From Bacteroidales bacterium (lineage in GTDB: Bacteria > Bacteroidota > Bacteroidia > Bacteroidales > UBA932), in NCBI GenBank assembly GCA_017469745.1, contig JAFUFS010000051.1:15222-47221 (forward strand): a DNA stretch of 32,000 bases, given 5' to 3'. Position numbers and translations under genes: made by a program. The notes below the pieces were generated by a model, which did no database searches, had not been told where the DNA came from, and saw only the letters and a list, made by a program, of their open reading frames with translations. This document shows, piece by piece, positions 8,454 through 23,026 of this stretch. Each line of letters opens with the position of its first letter. The stretch's first letter is position 1.

Positions 8454-10715
8454 TTATTCAGCCCAGCCTGTCTCGATGTTGGCGATGTTTCCGGCGATCC
8501 AGACGGTGTCCCCCTCCTGGAACACCAGGTCCGGTTCCGGATTCGTGATGAATTCGTCTCCGCGCAGCATGCTGATGACCATGCACTGATACTTCCTCAG
8601 CGCAGCGCTCCTGAGGGTCTTCCCGGTGAGGAAGGATTCATCTGTGAGGACCCTGGGTTCGATGCGGAATCCGTCGTCCACATTCTCCAGAGGAGCATCC
8701 TCCACAGAATCTGAAATCATATTCCTGAGCTTCTCCAGCTGGTCGGTGGTACCGACGGCAAGGAGGCGGTCTCCCGGGAAGAGCCTTACGTCTCCTGAAG
8801 GTATTGTGATGTTGATCGACCCTCTCTGGATCTTTATGATGTTGGCTCCGGACTTGTCACGAAGAGGAAGATCCTTAAGCTGCATGCCTGCAAAGCTGGA
8901 TTCCTGAGCGATGTTGATCGCCTCTGTCCGTACATCGTAGGTCGAAAGTTTCTGACGCACGGAAGAACTGACGGGCTTGCTCCTGCGTTCACTCTCCTCA
9001 CGCTCGTTGTAGTTCTGCAGGAACCTTTTTTCGAGTCCTGAATATTTGTGCATCGACTTCCTGGCGAAGAAGATGAAGGAGATTCCTGCAAGGATGATCG
9101 CGAGGACAGTCCATCCTGCGAGGTGGAAATAGGTCGACAGGACTCCCAGGATGATGCTTATCACGAGGAATGACCTGGCAAACACAAGTCCTGTGATAGG
9201 CCAGATGTTGCTGGGTTTCTCTTTCAGCAGCTTCGGGGCGCTCTTGCTGATGGACCCGGAATGGATGCCCATTCCGAAAAGGAATGGAGACATGGCAAGG
9301 AGGGTCACGGCTGCCTGGACGATATTCCTGACCGTCTGGCTGGCTGAAGGGAGTAGCTTTTCAGTAATATTCCCAAGATAAAGCCTTGATCCTATGTAGA
9401 TTGCGAGAATGATGACACCGTAGAGGAGTATCCTCGTGAAGTAAGCGACGAGGAGTTTCTTCCACTCGCTGTCCTCGGCGGCAGTGTGCTTTGAGGATGT
9501 CTTTGCAGAAGAGGAAAGGCGTTCAAGCCAGGATGCCGGGAGTTTCCTTTGAAGTAGCTCGTAGGTCGGCCCGGCGAGTTTCATCATGAATGGAGTGGTG
9601 AAAGTCGTGATGACGGAGACGGCGATGATTACGGGATAGATGAAATCCCTCATGACGCCCAAGGTACAGCCGACACCGGCGAGGATGAATCCGAATTCAC
9701 CGAGTTGTGCAAGGCTGAATCCGGTGTGGACCGAATTGTAGAGACCGTTGCCTGTGAGTATGATTCCGGCTCCGGCGAAAAGGATGTGGGTAATGATCAC
9801 CAGGACAGTGATGAGGAGGATAAGGGCCCAGTGCTCAACGATCACGGAAGGGGAGAGCATCATACCAACAGACACGAAGAAGATCGCTCCGAAAAGGTTC
9901 TTGATGGGTTCTACTATGTGGTCAATGTTTTCGCTTTCAGTCGTTTCTGCCAGGATGGATCCCATGACGAAGGCTCCGAGGGCTGAAGAGAAGCCGACTG
10001 CGGTCGCCAGGGAAACCATTGAAAAGCACAGGCCTATGCTGACGATAAGAAGGATCTCGTTGTTGAGGTATTTCTTTGCTTTCTGAAGTAGAGTCGGGAT
10101 CACGTAGATTCCTACAAGGAACCAAAGCAGGAGGAAGAAAACCAGCTTGACTATGTTCATGACAAGCTCCTTCCCGGCGAATGACTGGGACACGGCCATG
10201 GTGGAAAGCAGAACCATGAGGAGGATCGCAATCAGGTCCTCCACGACAAGGGTACCGAACACCATCCCTGCATAGGACTTGTTCTTGAGCCCCATGTCGT
10301 CGAACGACTTTATGACGACCATGGTGGAGGACATGGAGAGCAGGCCTCCGAGGAATACGCTTTCCATGACTGTCCAGTTCAGGGCTTGGGCTGTCACGAA
10401 GCCCAGGATGAAGACGCCCACGAATTTCACCAGGGCGGTCACGATGGCGCTGGAACCGACCTTCATCAGCTTCTTGAAACTGAATTCAAGGCCGAGACCG
10501 AACATCAGGAAGATGATGCCGATCTCCGACCATTGGTTCACCGTTTCCTGGCTGGAAATGCCGGGAAAGAAGTTAATGTTGGGACCGATCAGGAAACCGG
10601 CTATTATGTACCCTAAGATGAGCGGTTGCTTGAGGGCTTTCGATATTATCGTGAATATTCCTGCGGAGATCAGGATCACCGCGAGGTCTCGTACAAGATT
10701 GAGATCTTCGGACAT
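8454..10715 (-). CDS. Cation:proton antiporter, CPA2 (KefB-like), with C-terminal TrkA-C-like domains
   Basis: N-terminal 12-TM Na/H exchanger (LGYIIAGFLIGP, FMLGLGLEFSF, GALLSMSSTMVV, GSLAFGAFVMGSILAET-type motifs); C-terminal SGANIIKIQRGS..IPSGDVRLFPGDRLLAVG TrkA-C motif. Confidence 0.9.
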   Translation of the reverse strand: MSEDLNLVRDLAVILISAGIFTIISKALKQPLILGYIIAGFLIGPNINFFPGISSQETVNQWSEIGIIFLMFGLGLEFSFKKLMKVGSSAIVTALVKFVGVFILGFVTAQALNWTVMESVFLGGLLSMSSTMVVIKSFDDMGLKNKSYAGMVFGTLVVEDLIAILLMVLLSTMAVSQSFAGKELVMNIVKLVFFLLLWFLVGIYVIPTLLQKAKKYLNNEILLIVSIGLCFSMVSLATAVGFSSALGAFVMGSILAETTESENIDHIVEPIKNLFGAIFFVSVGMMLSPSVIVEHWALILLITVLVIITHILFAGAGIILTGNGLYNSVHTGFSLAQLGEFGFILAGVGCTLGVMRDFIYPVIIAVSVITTFTTPFMMKLAGPTYELLQRKLPASWLERLSSSAKTSSKHTAAEDSEWKKLLVAYFTRILLYGVIILAIYIGSRLYLGNITEKLLPSASQTVRNIVQAAVTLLAMSPFLFGMGIHSGSISKSAPKLLKEKPSNIWPITGLVFARSFLVISIILGVLSTYFHLAGWTVLAIILAGISFIFFARKSMHKYSGLEKRFLQNYNEREESERRSKPVSSSVRQKLSTYDVRTEAINIAQESSFAGMQLKDLPLRDKSGANIIKIQRGSINITIPSGDVRLFPGDRLLAVGTTDQLEKLRNMISDSVEDAPLENVDDGFRIEPRVLTDESFLTGKTLRSAALRKYQCMVISMLRGDEFITNPEPDLVFQEGDTVWIAGNIANIETGWAE

Positions 10716-10746
10716 AGGTGCTGCCGTCGTTGTGATTGATTACTCA

Positions 10747-15768
<5,022 letters not shown>

Positions 15769-16371
15769 CTATAGGTTACAAAACAATGTGACGAGGAATG
15801 GAACGCTGAAGTCAACGGTGAAACCGTGGAAGATCGATAGGATCACGAAGTCGTCGCCGCAGCATCGGGCTATGATTGGCAGGGTGGTGTCCATGGATGT
15901 CGCTCCTCCGGCAGAGATCGGAGCCAGCTTTCCGAACCATCTTGCCATAAGCGGAGCGCCCAGGAGGGTTATTATCTCCCTCATGATGTTTGCCAGCAGG
16001 GCCACTGTCCCTAGTTCAGTCCCCTTGAATTCATTTATGAATATGCTGGACAGGGAATAGTAACCGAAGCCGGAACCAACTGCAAGACAGTCAAGTACTG
16101 ACCTGGCCGGAAGGCAGATCGAGACTATGGCACAGCCCGCCAGGGTTCCCGTGATCGTCATCAACGGTAGCAGAAGGAGACGTGGATCCATTGATTTCAG
16201 GTCACGGAGTACCTTCGTGTCGTTGCCGAGGCTGATCCCGACGCAGAACATCAGTGCAAATAGGGCCCAGTGGCTTGCATCTCCTCCGATCAGGCTTTCC
16301 GGGACCAGCCCTGAAAGACCGGCAGCTATCCCTGCAATGAAGAACAGCAGGATGACAAGGCTGTTCTTCAT
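15769..16371 (-). CDS. lysO: LysO-type (Lys_export) transporter, C-terminal module
   Basis: 200-aa multi-TM protein: SHWALFALMFCVGISLGND, VGSGFGYYSLSSIFI, ELGTVALLANIMREIITLLGAPLMARWFGKLAPISAGGATSMDTTLPII. Confidence 0.8.
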   Translation of the reverse strand: MKNSLVILLFFIAGIAAGLSGLVPESLIGGDASHWALFALMFCVGISLGNDTKVLRDLKSMDPRLLLLPLMTITGTLAGCAIVSICLPARSVLDCLAVGSGFGYYSLSSIFINEFKGTELGTVALLANIMREIITLLGAPLMARWFGKLAPISAGGATSMDTTLPIIARCCGDDFVILSIFHGFTVDFSVPFLVTLFCNL

Positions 16372-16640
16372 CTTCCCGTCCCGTGGTCAGCGTATTTCCA
16401 AAGAGCAAAAGCCGCCCCCATGCTCCCGGCAAGTCCCGACAGAGTCAGGGCCAGGGCTTCCAGCCCCAGGTCTTGCAGGTGTCCTATTATCCTTGGATCA
16501 GAACCGACTTCTATACCGATAAGCAAAAGAAGGATCCACACAAGCACCATGATGATTCGGGGAAGGATCTTGACCGGATGCTTCCTGAGCAGGACTCCGA
16601 AAGCTATCCCCGAGAGCAGGACGACGGCTATCTTCAGCAT
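16368..16640 (-). CDS. lysO: LysO-type transporter, N-terminal module (DUF340-like)
   Basis: 90-aa, three-TM protein VLLSGIAFGVLLRK...MVLVWILLLLIGIEVGSDPRII; 4-nt ATGA overlap with the downstream C-terminal module. Confidence 0.72.
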   Translation of the reverse strand: MLKIAVVLLSGIAFGVLLRKHPVKILPRIIMVLVWILLLLIGIEVGSDPRIIGHLQDLGLEALALTLSGLAGSMGAAFALWKYADHGTGR

Positions 16641-16646
16641 GATATT

Positions 16647-18167
16647 CTATTTGGCGAAATTGGGATTCTGCTCCCAATCTGGATTGAGTAGGAATTCCTT
16701 GTGAGGAATAGGGTAGAGGGTGTGCTTGGACGGGATGAAATTCTCGACATGAAGCTTGCCGTGTTCTTTCAAGGCGTCGCCCACTATTCCCCAGCGGATG
16801 AGATCGTACCACCTGATTCCTTCGAATGCCAGCTCGCAGGGACGTTCGACATCCTGGAGATGCTTCAGAACCTGTTCCTTGCTCATTCCTTCCTGGAGCG
16901 GGGGTACCTTTGCCCTGGCCCTAACCATGTTGATGTACCTTACAGCCTCATCGCTCTTCCCGTCATTGTTGAGGCATTCGGCGTACATCAGCAGGACGTC
17001 GGCATAGCGCAGGACCGGAATGTTGAAGGCACTGTAGTACCAGTCGGAACTTAGGGAAGGATCCCAGGTGTTGAACTTGTGCCAGTAGATGGACTCTGCA
17101 GGCAGGTAGTCGGTCCATTCTGCTCCTTCGGGCAGGAGGAAATACCTTGTACCCGGATCGTTGAACAGGATGGTTGAATAAACTCTCTGGCTGTAGTGAC
17201 CGTCCTCGGTAAGGTCTTTCTTCAGGGTTTCGAAAATCCACGGGGAGGGATAGGCCTCCTCATAACCGCCGTCCAGGTCTCCCGGGGACAGGTGTTCAGC
17301 GAGCTGGTTGTGCTCCCTCTTGCCTCCCTCGCGGTTGCCGCAGAACTGGATCTCGAAGATGGATTCCTTGGAATTCTTGTGCAGGCCGTCGAAGAGGTGG
17401 GCATAGTTGTCGAGCAGGGCGAACCGGCCCGATGAAATGATCTTTGAAAGCTCCGTCTCTGCTTTTGAGAGCTGGCCTGTGAACATGTAGTACTGGGCCA
17501 ATATTCCCTGGGCTGCATATCTCGTGGCCCTTCCGGCGTTGGCGGAATCCCACTCTTCCGGAAGATCACCCTGGATCTCGGTCAGCTCGCTCTCGATGAA
17601 ACTCCTTATGGCTCCGGGTGCGCTCTGGGGAGGAAAATACTCCTCTTCGGATCCTTCTATCTGCTTGGTGAACAGGGGGATCCTTTCCCCGAAATTCCTA
17701 AGCAGGCGGAAGTAGTAATAGGCCCTCAGGAAACGCGCTTCAGCAAGGGACCTGGCGAGAAGGTTCTGGTCCAGGCCTTCTATTCCAGGGATGTTGGAGA
17801 CACATTGGTTGCAGTAATTTATCCCGCTGTAGAGATTGTTCCACTCGTCATCGGTTACGTAGTTGGTCAGGTCGTTGGTGAAAGTGGCGATCTGGATCCA
17901 CTCGGCAACGTCAGGCCTGTAGACGACTTCGTCGCTGCGGATGTTGTCAGTGACCATGAACCTGTCCACGGTTGCAGCCCAGTAACGTGCCGGCTGTAGG
18001 GCGGCGTAGGCCGCCGTCAGTCCCTTGTTGATGTCGGCCTCGGAATGCCAGAACGAATCCGGGGTCAGGTAGTTGGGATTGCTCTTCTCGTCGAGGAACC
18101 CGCTGCAAGATACGGCAGCGAAGGCTGCTGCCAGCAGGACCGCCTTGTATATCCTTTTCATTTTCAA
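16647..18167 (-). CDS. susD: SusD/RagB family nutrient-binding outer-membrane lipoprotein
   Basis: Lipobox AAVSCSGFLDE; LTPDSFWHSEADINKGLTAAYAAL; LAEARFLRAYYYFRLLRNFGERIPL; PVLRYADVLLMYAECLNNDG...AVRYINMVRARAKVP; ERPCELAFEGIRWYDLIRWG. Confidence 0.95.
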   Translation of the reverse strand: MKMKRIYKAVLLAAAFAAVSCSGFLDEKSNPNYLTPDSFWHSEADINKGLTAAYAALQPARYWAATVDRFMVTDNIRSDEVVYRPDVAEWIQIATFTNDLTNYVTDDEWNNLYSGINYCNQCVSNIPGIEGLDQNLLARSLAEARFLRAYYYFRLLRNFGERIPLFTKQIEGSEEEYFPPQSAPGAIRSFIESELTEIQGDLPEEWDSANAGRATRYAAQGILAQYYMFTGQLSKAETELSKIISSGRFALLDNYAHLFDGLHKNSKESIFEIQFCGNREGGKREHNQLAEHLSPGDLDGGYEEAYPSPWIFETLKKDLTEDGHYSQRVYSTILFNDPGTRYFLLPEGAEWTDYLPAESIYWHKFNTWDPSLSSDWYYSAFNIPVLRYADVLLMYAECLNNDGKSDEAVRYINMVRARAKVPPLQEGMSKEQVLKHLQDVERPCELAFEGIRWYDLIRWGIVGDALKEHGKLHVENFIPSKHTLYPIPHKEFLLNPDWEQNPNFAK

Positions 18168-18179
18168 TCTGTTTTTATG

Positions 18180-21100
18180 TTAGAATCCGAATTTGATGCC
18201 TGCCATGTAGGTCCGGTAGAGAGGGTAGCCGCCGTAATCGACACCCATAGTGCCGTTTGAGGCTCCTGTAGTCACATCGTAGCCGGTGTACTTGGTGAGG
18301 GTGAAGAGTCTTCTGCCTCCGACATAGATCCTTAGGCTGCCAAGGCCGATTTTTTTGCATGTCCTGTCGGGAAGGTTGTAGCCAATCTGCAGGTTGTTCA
18401 GCCTCAGGAAGTCTCCGTTCTCGACAAAGCGGTCAGAGATCCTGTTGTTCCCGTTGGGATCACCGATGACGGCCCTGGGAATGTCGGTGTCGGGATTGTC
18501 CGGCCTCCATGAATTCAAGGCATCCTTACCGTAATTGAAGACCTGGTCCATCCTCTGGAGCTGGTACTTGGTGTAGTTGTATCTCTTTGCTCCCATGTTG
18601 CCGTAGAACTGGGCGCTGAGGTCGAAGGCCTTGTAGCGAAGGTAGACGTTGAATCCAAGGATGAGCTTCGGGTTGCCGGTGCCGACAAGTACCTTGTCGT
18701 CATTATCCAGCTGTCCGTCTCCGTTCTGGTCTACGAACCTGATGTCTCCGGGCTTTGCACTGGGCTGGAGGGGAATCCATGCACCCGTCTCGTCGGAATG
18801 TCCGTGGGACTTGTTGAATTCGTCCACTTCAGCTTGGCTGCGGAACAGCCCGTCGGTCTGGAAGACCCAAAATTCGCCGATCTCGGCTCCCACGTAGGTC
18901 CTGGCTGGACCATATTCATAGAGGTAGTCGGGATTGGACATCGAGACCAGTTTGCTCCGGTAATGGGAGAGGTTCAGGTCGAGGTCGTACTGGAAGTCCC
19001 TTCCGGAGTTGCCGTGGTATTCGACCTGGTACTCGAAACCGCTTGTCTTGAGTTCTCCGTCGTTCACGATCATCGCCGAGAATCCTGTACTGCTGCTTAT
19101 CTCCTTTGTCGAGAGCATGTCCCTGGTGTCCTTTAAGTAAGCATCGGCTGACATCTGCAGCTTGCCTCCGAGGAAGCCGAGATCGATTCCGATGTTGGAG
19201 GTGTATGTGGACTCCCATTTGATGTTGAGGGAGGGCAGGGAAGTGATTGCATAGCCGAGGCTGATGTCATTGAGACCGGCGAAAGGATAGTTCAGGCTGT
19301 TCGTAGCGGAGCTGAGGGTGGGAATGTACTGATAGTTTCCAATGCCCTGGTTGCCGAGTGCTCCGTAGCTGAGACGAAGCTTGAATGTTGAGACCGTCCC
19401 GGCCCAGGGCTCCCAGAATCTTTCGTTCGCTATGTTCCAGGCCAGAGATGCAGATGGGAAGAAACCCCATTTGTTGCCTTCGGCGAATCTGGAAGAACCG
19501 TCGTAACGGGCCGAGAACATGGCTATGTAGCGGTTGTCGTAGTTGTAGCCCAGACGGCCGAATGCCGAACGGAGTCCGTAGCGGCTGTGGCCTCCTCCCA
19601 CTGCGAAGTCTTTCTGACCATGCTCAAGGTAAGTCATGAGGTTGTTCTCGAACTTCTTGGCAAAAGCGCTCAGGTCGTAGTAGGAATAGTTTTCCTGCGA
19701 CACTCCCAGGAGGGCCGACACATTGTGTACTCCACCGAATGACCTGTCATAGTTGGAGGTGAGCTCCAGGAGGTAGCGGTTGCCCATGCTGCGCGATTCG
19801 CTGAGAGAAGCGTCCGGATTGGGCTTGAGAGCACCTATCTGGTAGGTTGGAGTGAAGACCTTTGAATGGGAGAAATTGAGGTTGTCGCTTCCCTGGAACT
19901 TCAGCACGAGGCCGTCCAGGGGGGAATACGAGATGTAACCCGAGGCGGAAAGTCCGTCGTAGCGGTTCTTGGTGTCGATCAACTTGTTGAAGGCCACAGG
20001 GTTGCCGGCGTCTGACATACCCATTCCGGCAACAGCTCCTCCGAAGCCTCCGTCGTTCTTCTCGTCGTAGACGAACACCAACGGCTCGATGTTGGTCACC
20101 TGGTACATTGTGTCGAATCCGGAACTCTCGACGGGGATTATGTCCTCATGGCCGAAATTGACGGATTCTCCTATCTTCCACCGGCCTCTCCTGACGTCTG
20201 AATTGAGTCGGAAGCCGTACTTGTCGGAACTGGTCGCAACGGCGATGCCCTGGATCTCTGAATAATAGCCCGAGAAGGCAACGTTCATGTTGCTGTTGCC
20301 TGCTACGTAGCCGACATCGTATTTCTGGGACAGGCCGACCTGGTAGTATTCCTTCTGCCAGTCCGTGTCGGCGAAGCGTGAAGGGTCGGCCTTGAAGGCT
20401 GAGATGTACGCTGGCCACCTCTCCTGAGGCTCTCCGGCGTTCTCCAGGGCCCATTGCCTGACTTTGACGAACTCGGCTGCGTTGCACATCTCCATTCGCT
20501 TGGGCAGGTCGTCGATACCGTAGTAGGCTGACATCGTGATCCTTGGCTCGGAAGCCTTGTCGCCCCTCTTCGTCTCGACCAGGATGACGCCTGCTGCAGC
20601 CCTTGCGCCGTAAATGGCCTGCGTGGCTGCATCCTTCAGAACCGAGATGGATTTGATGTCTTCCGGATTGAGGTATGACATTGATCCCGGGACTCCGTCG
20701 ATGACCACGAGGGGGGTGTTGTCGGATCCCCAGGAGGTGACTCCGCGGACCATCATGACAGGTTCAGAGCCGGGAGCTCCGGAAGAGAAGTTGACCGAAA
20801 GACCCGGGGCCATGCCCTGCAGGGCAGTCGAGGCATCTTCGGTCGCGATCTTCTCCAGTTTCTTCGAACTGACTGAGGCGACAGCTCCCGAAACGTCCTG
20901 CCTCTTCTGGCTTCCGTAGCCGATGGCCACGACTTCTTCCAGCATCTCGGCATCCGGCTCGAGAGTCAGGTCGAGTGCCGGTCCTTCGGCCTTGACTTCA
21001 ACTGTCTTGTAGCCGATCAGGGAGATGACAAGGACATCGCCCCTTGTCACGTTGATGGAATAGTTGCCGTCAAGGTCCGTGCTGGTACCTTGACCCGTAC

Positions 21101-21236
21101 CCTTGACGAGAACGTAGGCCCCGACAGCTCCGGAACCGGTCTCGTCCTTGATTTGTCCCTTGACATTGATAAGTTCCTGCGCCCCTGCGATGGTGGCTCC
21201 CAATGCCAGGATGATGGTTAACAGAATCCTTTTCAT
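18180..21236 (-). CDS. susC: SusC/RagA family TonB-linked outer-membrane protein
   Basis: Carboxypeptidase-like N-terminal repeat (VKGQIKDETGSGAVGAYVLVKGTGQGTSTDLDGNYSI), VVAIGYGSQKRQDVSGAVASV, PLVVIDGVPGSMSYLNPEDIKSISVLKDAATQAIYGARAAAGVILVETK. Confidence 0.96.
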   Translation of the reverse strand: MKRILLTIILALGATIAGAQELINVKGQIKDETGSGAVGAYVLVKGTGQGTSTDLDGNYSINVTRGDVLVISLIGYKTVEVKAEGPALDLTLEPDAEMLEEVVAIGYGSQKRQDVSGAVASVSSKKLEKIATEDASTALQGMAPGLSVNFSSGAPGSEPVMMVRGVTSWGSDNTPLVVIDGVPGSMSYLNPEDIKSISVLKDAATQAIYGARAAAGVILVETKRGDKASEPRITMSAYYGIDDLPKRMEMCNAAEFVKVRQWALENAGEPQERWPAYISAFKADPSRFADTDWQKEYYQVGLSQKYDVGYVAGNSNMNVAFSGYYSEIQGIAVATSSDKYGFRLNSDVRRGRWKIGESVNFGHEDIIPVESSGFDTMYQVTNIEPLVFVYDEKNDGGFGGAVAGMGMSDAGNPVAFNKLIDTKNRYDGLSASGYISYSPLDGLVLKFQGSDNLNFSHSKVFTPTYQIGALKPNPDASLSESRSMGNRYLLELTSNYDRSFGGVHNVSALLGVSQENYSYYDLSAFAKKFENNLMTYLEHGQKDFAVGGGHSRYGLRSAFGRLGYNYDNRYIAMFSARYDGSSRFAEGNKWGFFPSASLAWNIANERFWEPWAGTVSTFKLRLSYGALGNQGIGNYQYIPTLSSATNSLNYPFAGLNDISLGYAITSLPSLNIKWESTYTSNIGIDLGFLGGKLQMSADAYLKDTRDMLSTKEISSSTGFSAMIVNDGELKTSGFEYQVEYHGNSGRDFQYDLDLNLSHYRSKLVSMSNPDYLYEYGPARTYVGAEIGEFWVFQTDGLFRSQAEVDEFNKSHGHSDETGAWIPLQPSAKPGDIRFVDQNGDGQLDNDDKVLVGTGNPKLILGFNVYLRYKAFDLSAQFYGNMGAKRYNYTKYQLQRMDQVFNYGKDALNSWRPDNPDTDIPRAVIGDPNGNNRISDRFVENGDFLRLNNLQIGYNLPDRTCKKIGLGSLRIYVGGRRLFTLTKYTGYDVTTGASNGTMGVDYGGYPLYRTYMAGIKFGF

Positions 21237-21283
21237 GAATATTACTTGATTAAGTGGTCACCCGAACCCCGGGCTTTCGACGG

Positions 21284-21314
21284 CAAAAATACCGGTGCCC
21301 TCAATGGACGGCAA
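21284..21314 (-). promoter_or_regulatory. Putative promoter of the susCD-lysO-GH2-GH63 operon
   Basis: Minus strand reads TTG (21314-21312), 20-nt spacer, TATTTTTG (21291-21284), an exact TAnnTTTG match, 47 nt upstream of the susC ATG. Confidence 0.55.
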
Positions 21315-21432
21315 GAAAAGGATATCCCTCCCATCTCTACAAACAGGGGGTGATAATGGAGTTTAATCTCTACAACTTTCGATGTGGATCAGTTGAAAAT
21401 CAAATTGTTGAGAATTACCCCTTCTCTACGGA

Positions 21433-22962
21433 TCAGATTTTCCCTAGGAAGTCGCTAAGATTGTCGCTGGCCTGGAGATTGAGCTTCTTGCGGAGACGGT
21501 ACCTGGCCATGTCGACGGATTTCGGTTCCATGGACATCATGAGTGAGATCTCCTTTGAGGACATTCCGATCCTGAGGAGCGAGGCAAGCCTTTTATCTGA
21601 GTTGGAAAGGTCCGGGTAGATGGATGAGAGTTTTGCGATGAAACCAGAGTTGATGTCATCTATCATCTTGTCGGCCTCGTCGTTTGTCCTGTTGAACTGG
21701 GAGATTGACGAATTGAGTTTCTTGAGGTGGCGCGTGGCTTCGTCCGAGTCCATCCCGTAGGCTTCCTTTATCCTGTCCTGGATGCCGGACAGGATCTCGT
21801 TTCGGCTGCGGACGTAGATTGCGAAGTTCTCAAGCTCTTTCTTGTTGAGATCCAGTTCCTTCTGCATCAGTTCCTTCTGCTTGTGGTTCGCTTTCCGGAA
21901 GACCCTGTAGGACACCGCCACCACGACACAGATCGCAGCCAGGATTGCGATGATTGCGGCCGCTATCTTCCTCCTAAGCCGGAACTCCCTTTCGCTCTGC
22001 TCCTGCTCTTTCCTGATGGTCTGGATGTTCTTTTCCATCAGGTTGACCTCGATGTTCTTCAGCCCTCCGGTCATGTCCTTGCTTTCGATCTGGTCCAGGA
22101 GGCTTTTCAGGTCCGAGTAGGCCCTGGAATACTCTCCCATGCCGGCATAGACCTCGGACCTGTAGCGGAGGTTGTCCATAGTCAGCTCCTGGGCGTTGGT
22201 CATGTCGGCGTAGACCTTTGCCTTTGAAAGGGCCTCCAGGGCGCTGGCATTGTCTCCTAGCCTCCTGTACTGGTAGCCGAGATTGTTGTAGTTCTCTCCG
22301 AGGACCCATGTCCTGCCGAGGGATTCGTTGATCGCTATCGCCTCCTTGAGCTGTTCGATTGTTGTGGCCGGATCCGCGTCGATGAAAGACATGTTGTTGA
22401 GATTCTGTGCGATCCCGATCTTGTTGCCTATGGCCCGGTTGAGCCTAAGGGACTCGGCGAAATACTTCCCGGCCATGCTATTGTCCGGTATCGCGATGTA
22501 GATCAGACCCTTGTTGTTGTTGCATCTCGCGATCGACGCCGTGTCCTTCCTATGTTCGGCAATGGCCTGAGCCTTCTCAAGGTACCTGAAGGCATGGTCG
22601 AAGTCCTTGATCTTCTGGTAGGAATAGCTTATGCTGAGGTAGATGTCGGCCATGAGGGAACTGTCCTCATCCGGGCAGTTCCTTTCAGCCTCGAGAAGAT
22701 ATTCATAACTGGTCACGTAATCGCCCATGTTGATGTAGGCATTTGCGATGAGGTACTGGGCTTCCGCGATCAGGGTCGGCTCCTTGGCCGAAGCCGCTTC
22801 CGTGAGTGCCTGCCCCGCGTGGTAGATTGCTTTGGCAGGATCCCGCGAGAGGTTCTCTCCTGCTTTGTCGAGGTGTTCGCGTACAGTCCATCCATCCTCC
22901 TTCGCAAGCAGCGGAAGAAGAGACAGGAAAAAAGCTATGAATATGGAAATGTATTTTTTCAT
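21433..22962 (-). CDS. TPR-containing transcriptional regulator with one TM segment and C-terminal LuxR-like HTH
   Basis: Signal-like N-terminus, multiple TPR-like units, TM IAAAIIAILAAICVVVAVSY, coiled coil, and C-terminal LSNSDKRLASLLRIGMSSKEISLMMSMEPKSVDMARYRLRKKLNL HTH. Confidence 0.85.
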   Translation of the reverse strand: MKKYISIFIAFFLSLLPLLAKEDGWTVREHLDKAGENLSRDPAKAIYHAGQALTEAASAKEPTLIAEAQYLIANAYINMGDYVTSYEYLLEAERNCPDEDSSLMADIYLSISYSYQKIKDFDHAFRYLEKAQAIAEHRKDTASIARCNNNKGLIYIAIPDNSMAGKYFAESLRLNRAIGNKIGIAQNLNNMSFIDADPATTIEQLKEAIAINESLGRTWVLGENYNNLGYQYRRLGDNASALEALSKAKVYADMTNAQELTMDNLRYRSEVYAGMGEYSRAYSDLKSLLDQIESKDMTGGLKNIEVNLMEKNIQTIRKEQEQSEREFRLRRKIAAAIIAILAAICVVVAVSYRVFRKANHKQKELMQKELDLNKKELENFAIYVRSRNEILSGIQDRIKEAYGMDSDEATRHLKKLNSSISQFNRTNDEADKMIDDINSGFIAKLSSIYPDLSNSDKRLASLLRIGMSSKEISLMMSMEPKSVDMARYRLRKKLNLQASDNLSDFLGKI

Positions 22963-23000
22963 GGGCGGTTATCAGTCAAGGTAAAGGTACAACTTTTTTA

Positions 23001-23008
23001 TATATTTG
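23001..23008 (+). promoter_or_regulatory. Putative -7 box (TATATTTG) for the HprK/S24/PqqD/ABC operon
   Basis: Exact TAnnTTTG match, 18 nt upstream of ATG 23027. The ORF track starts at the TTG inside this box, which supports 23027 as the true start. Confidence 0.55.
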
Positions 23009-23026
23009 CAGAATAATATTGTCGAT

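Noticed and set aside
17222-19470. ORFs of 60-115 aa in other frames across susC and susD
   Set aside because: Overlap long, motif-rich SusC/SusD coding sequence; Arg/Pro/Ser-rich composition typical of off-frame translation.
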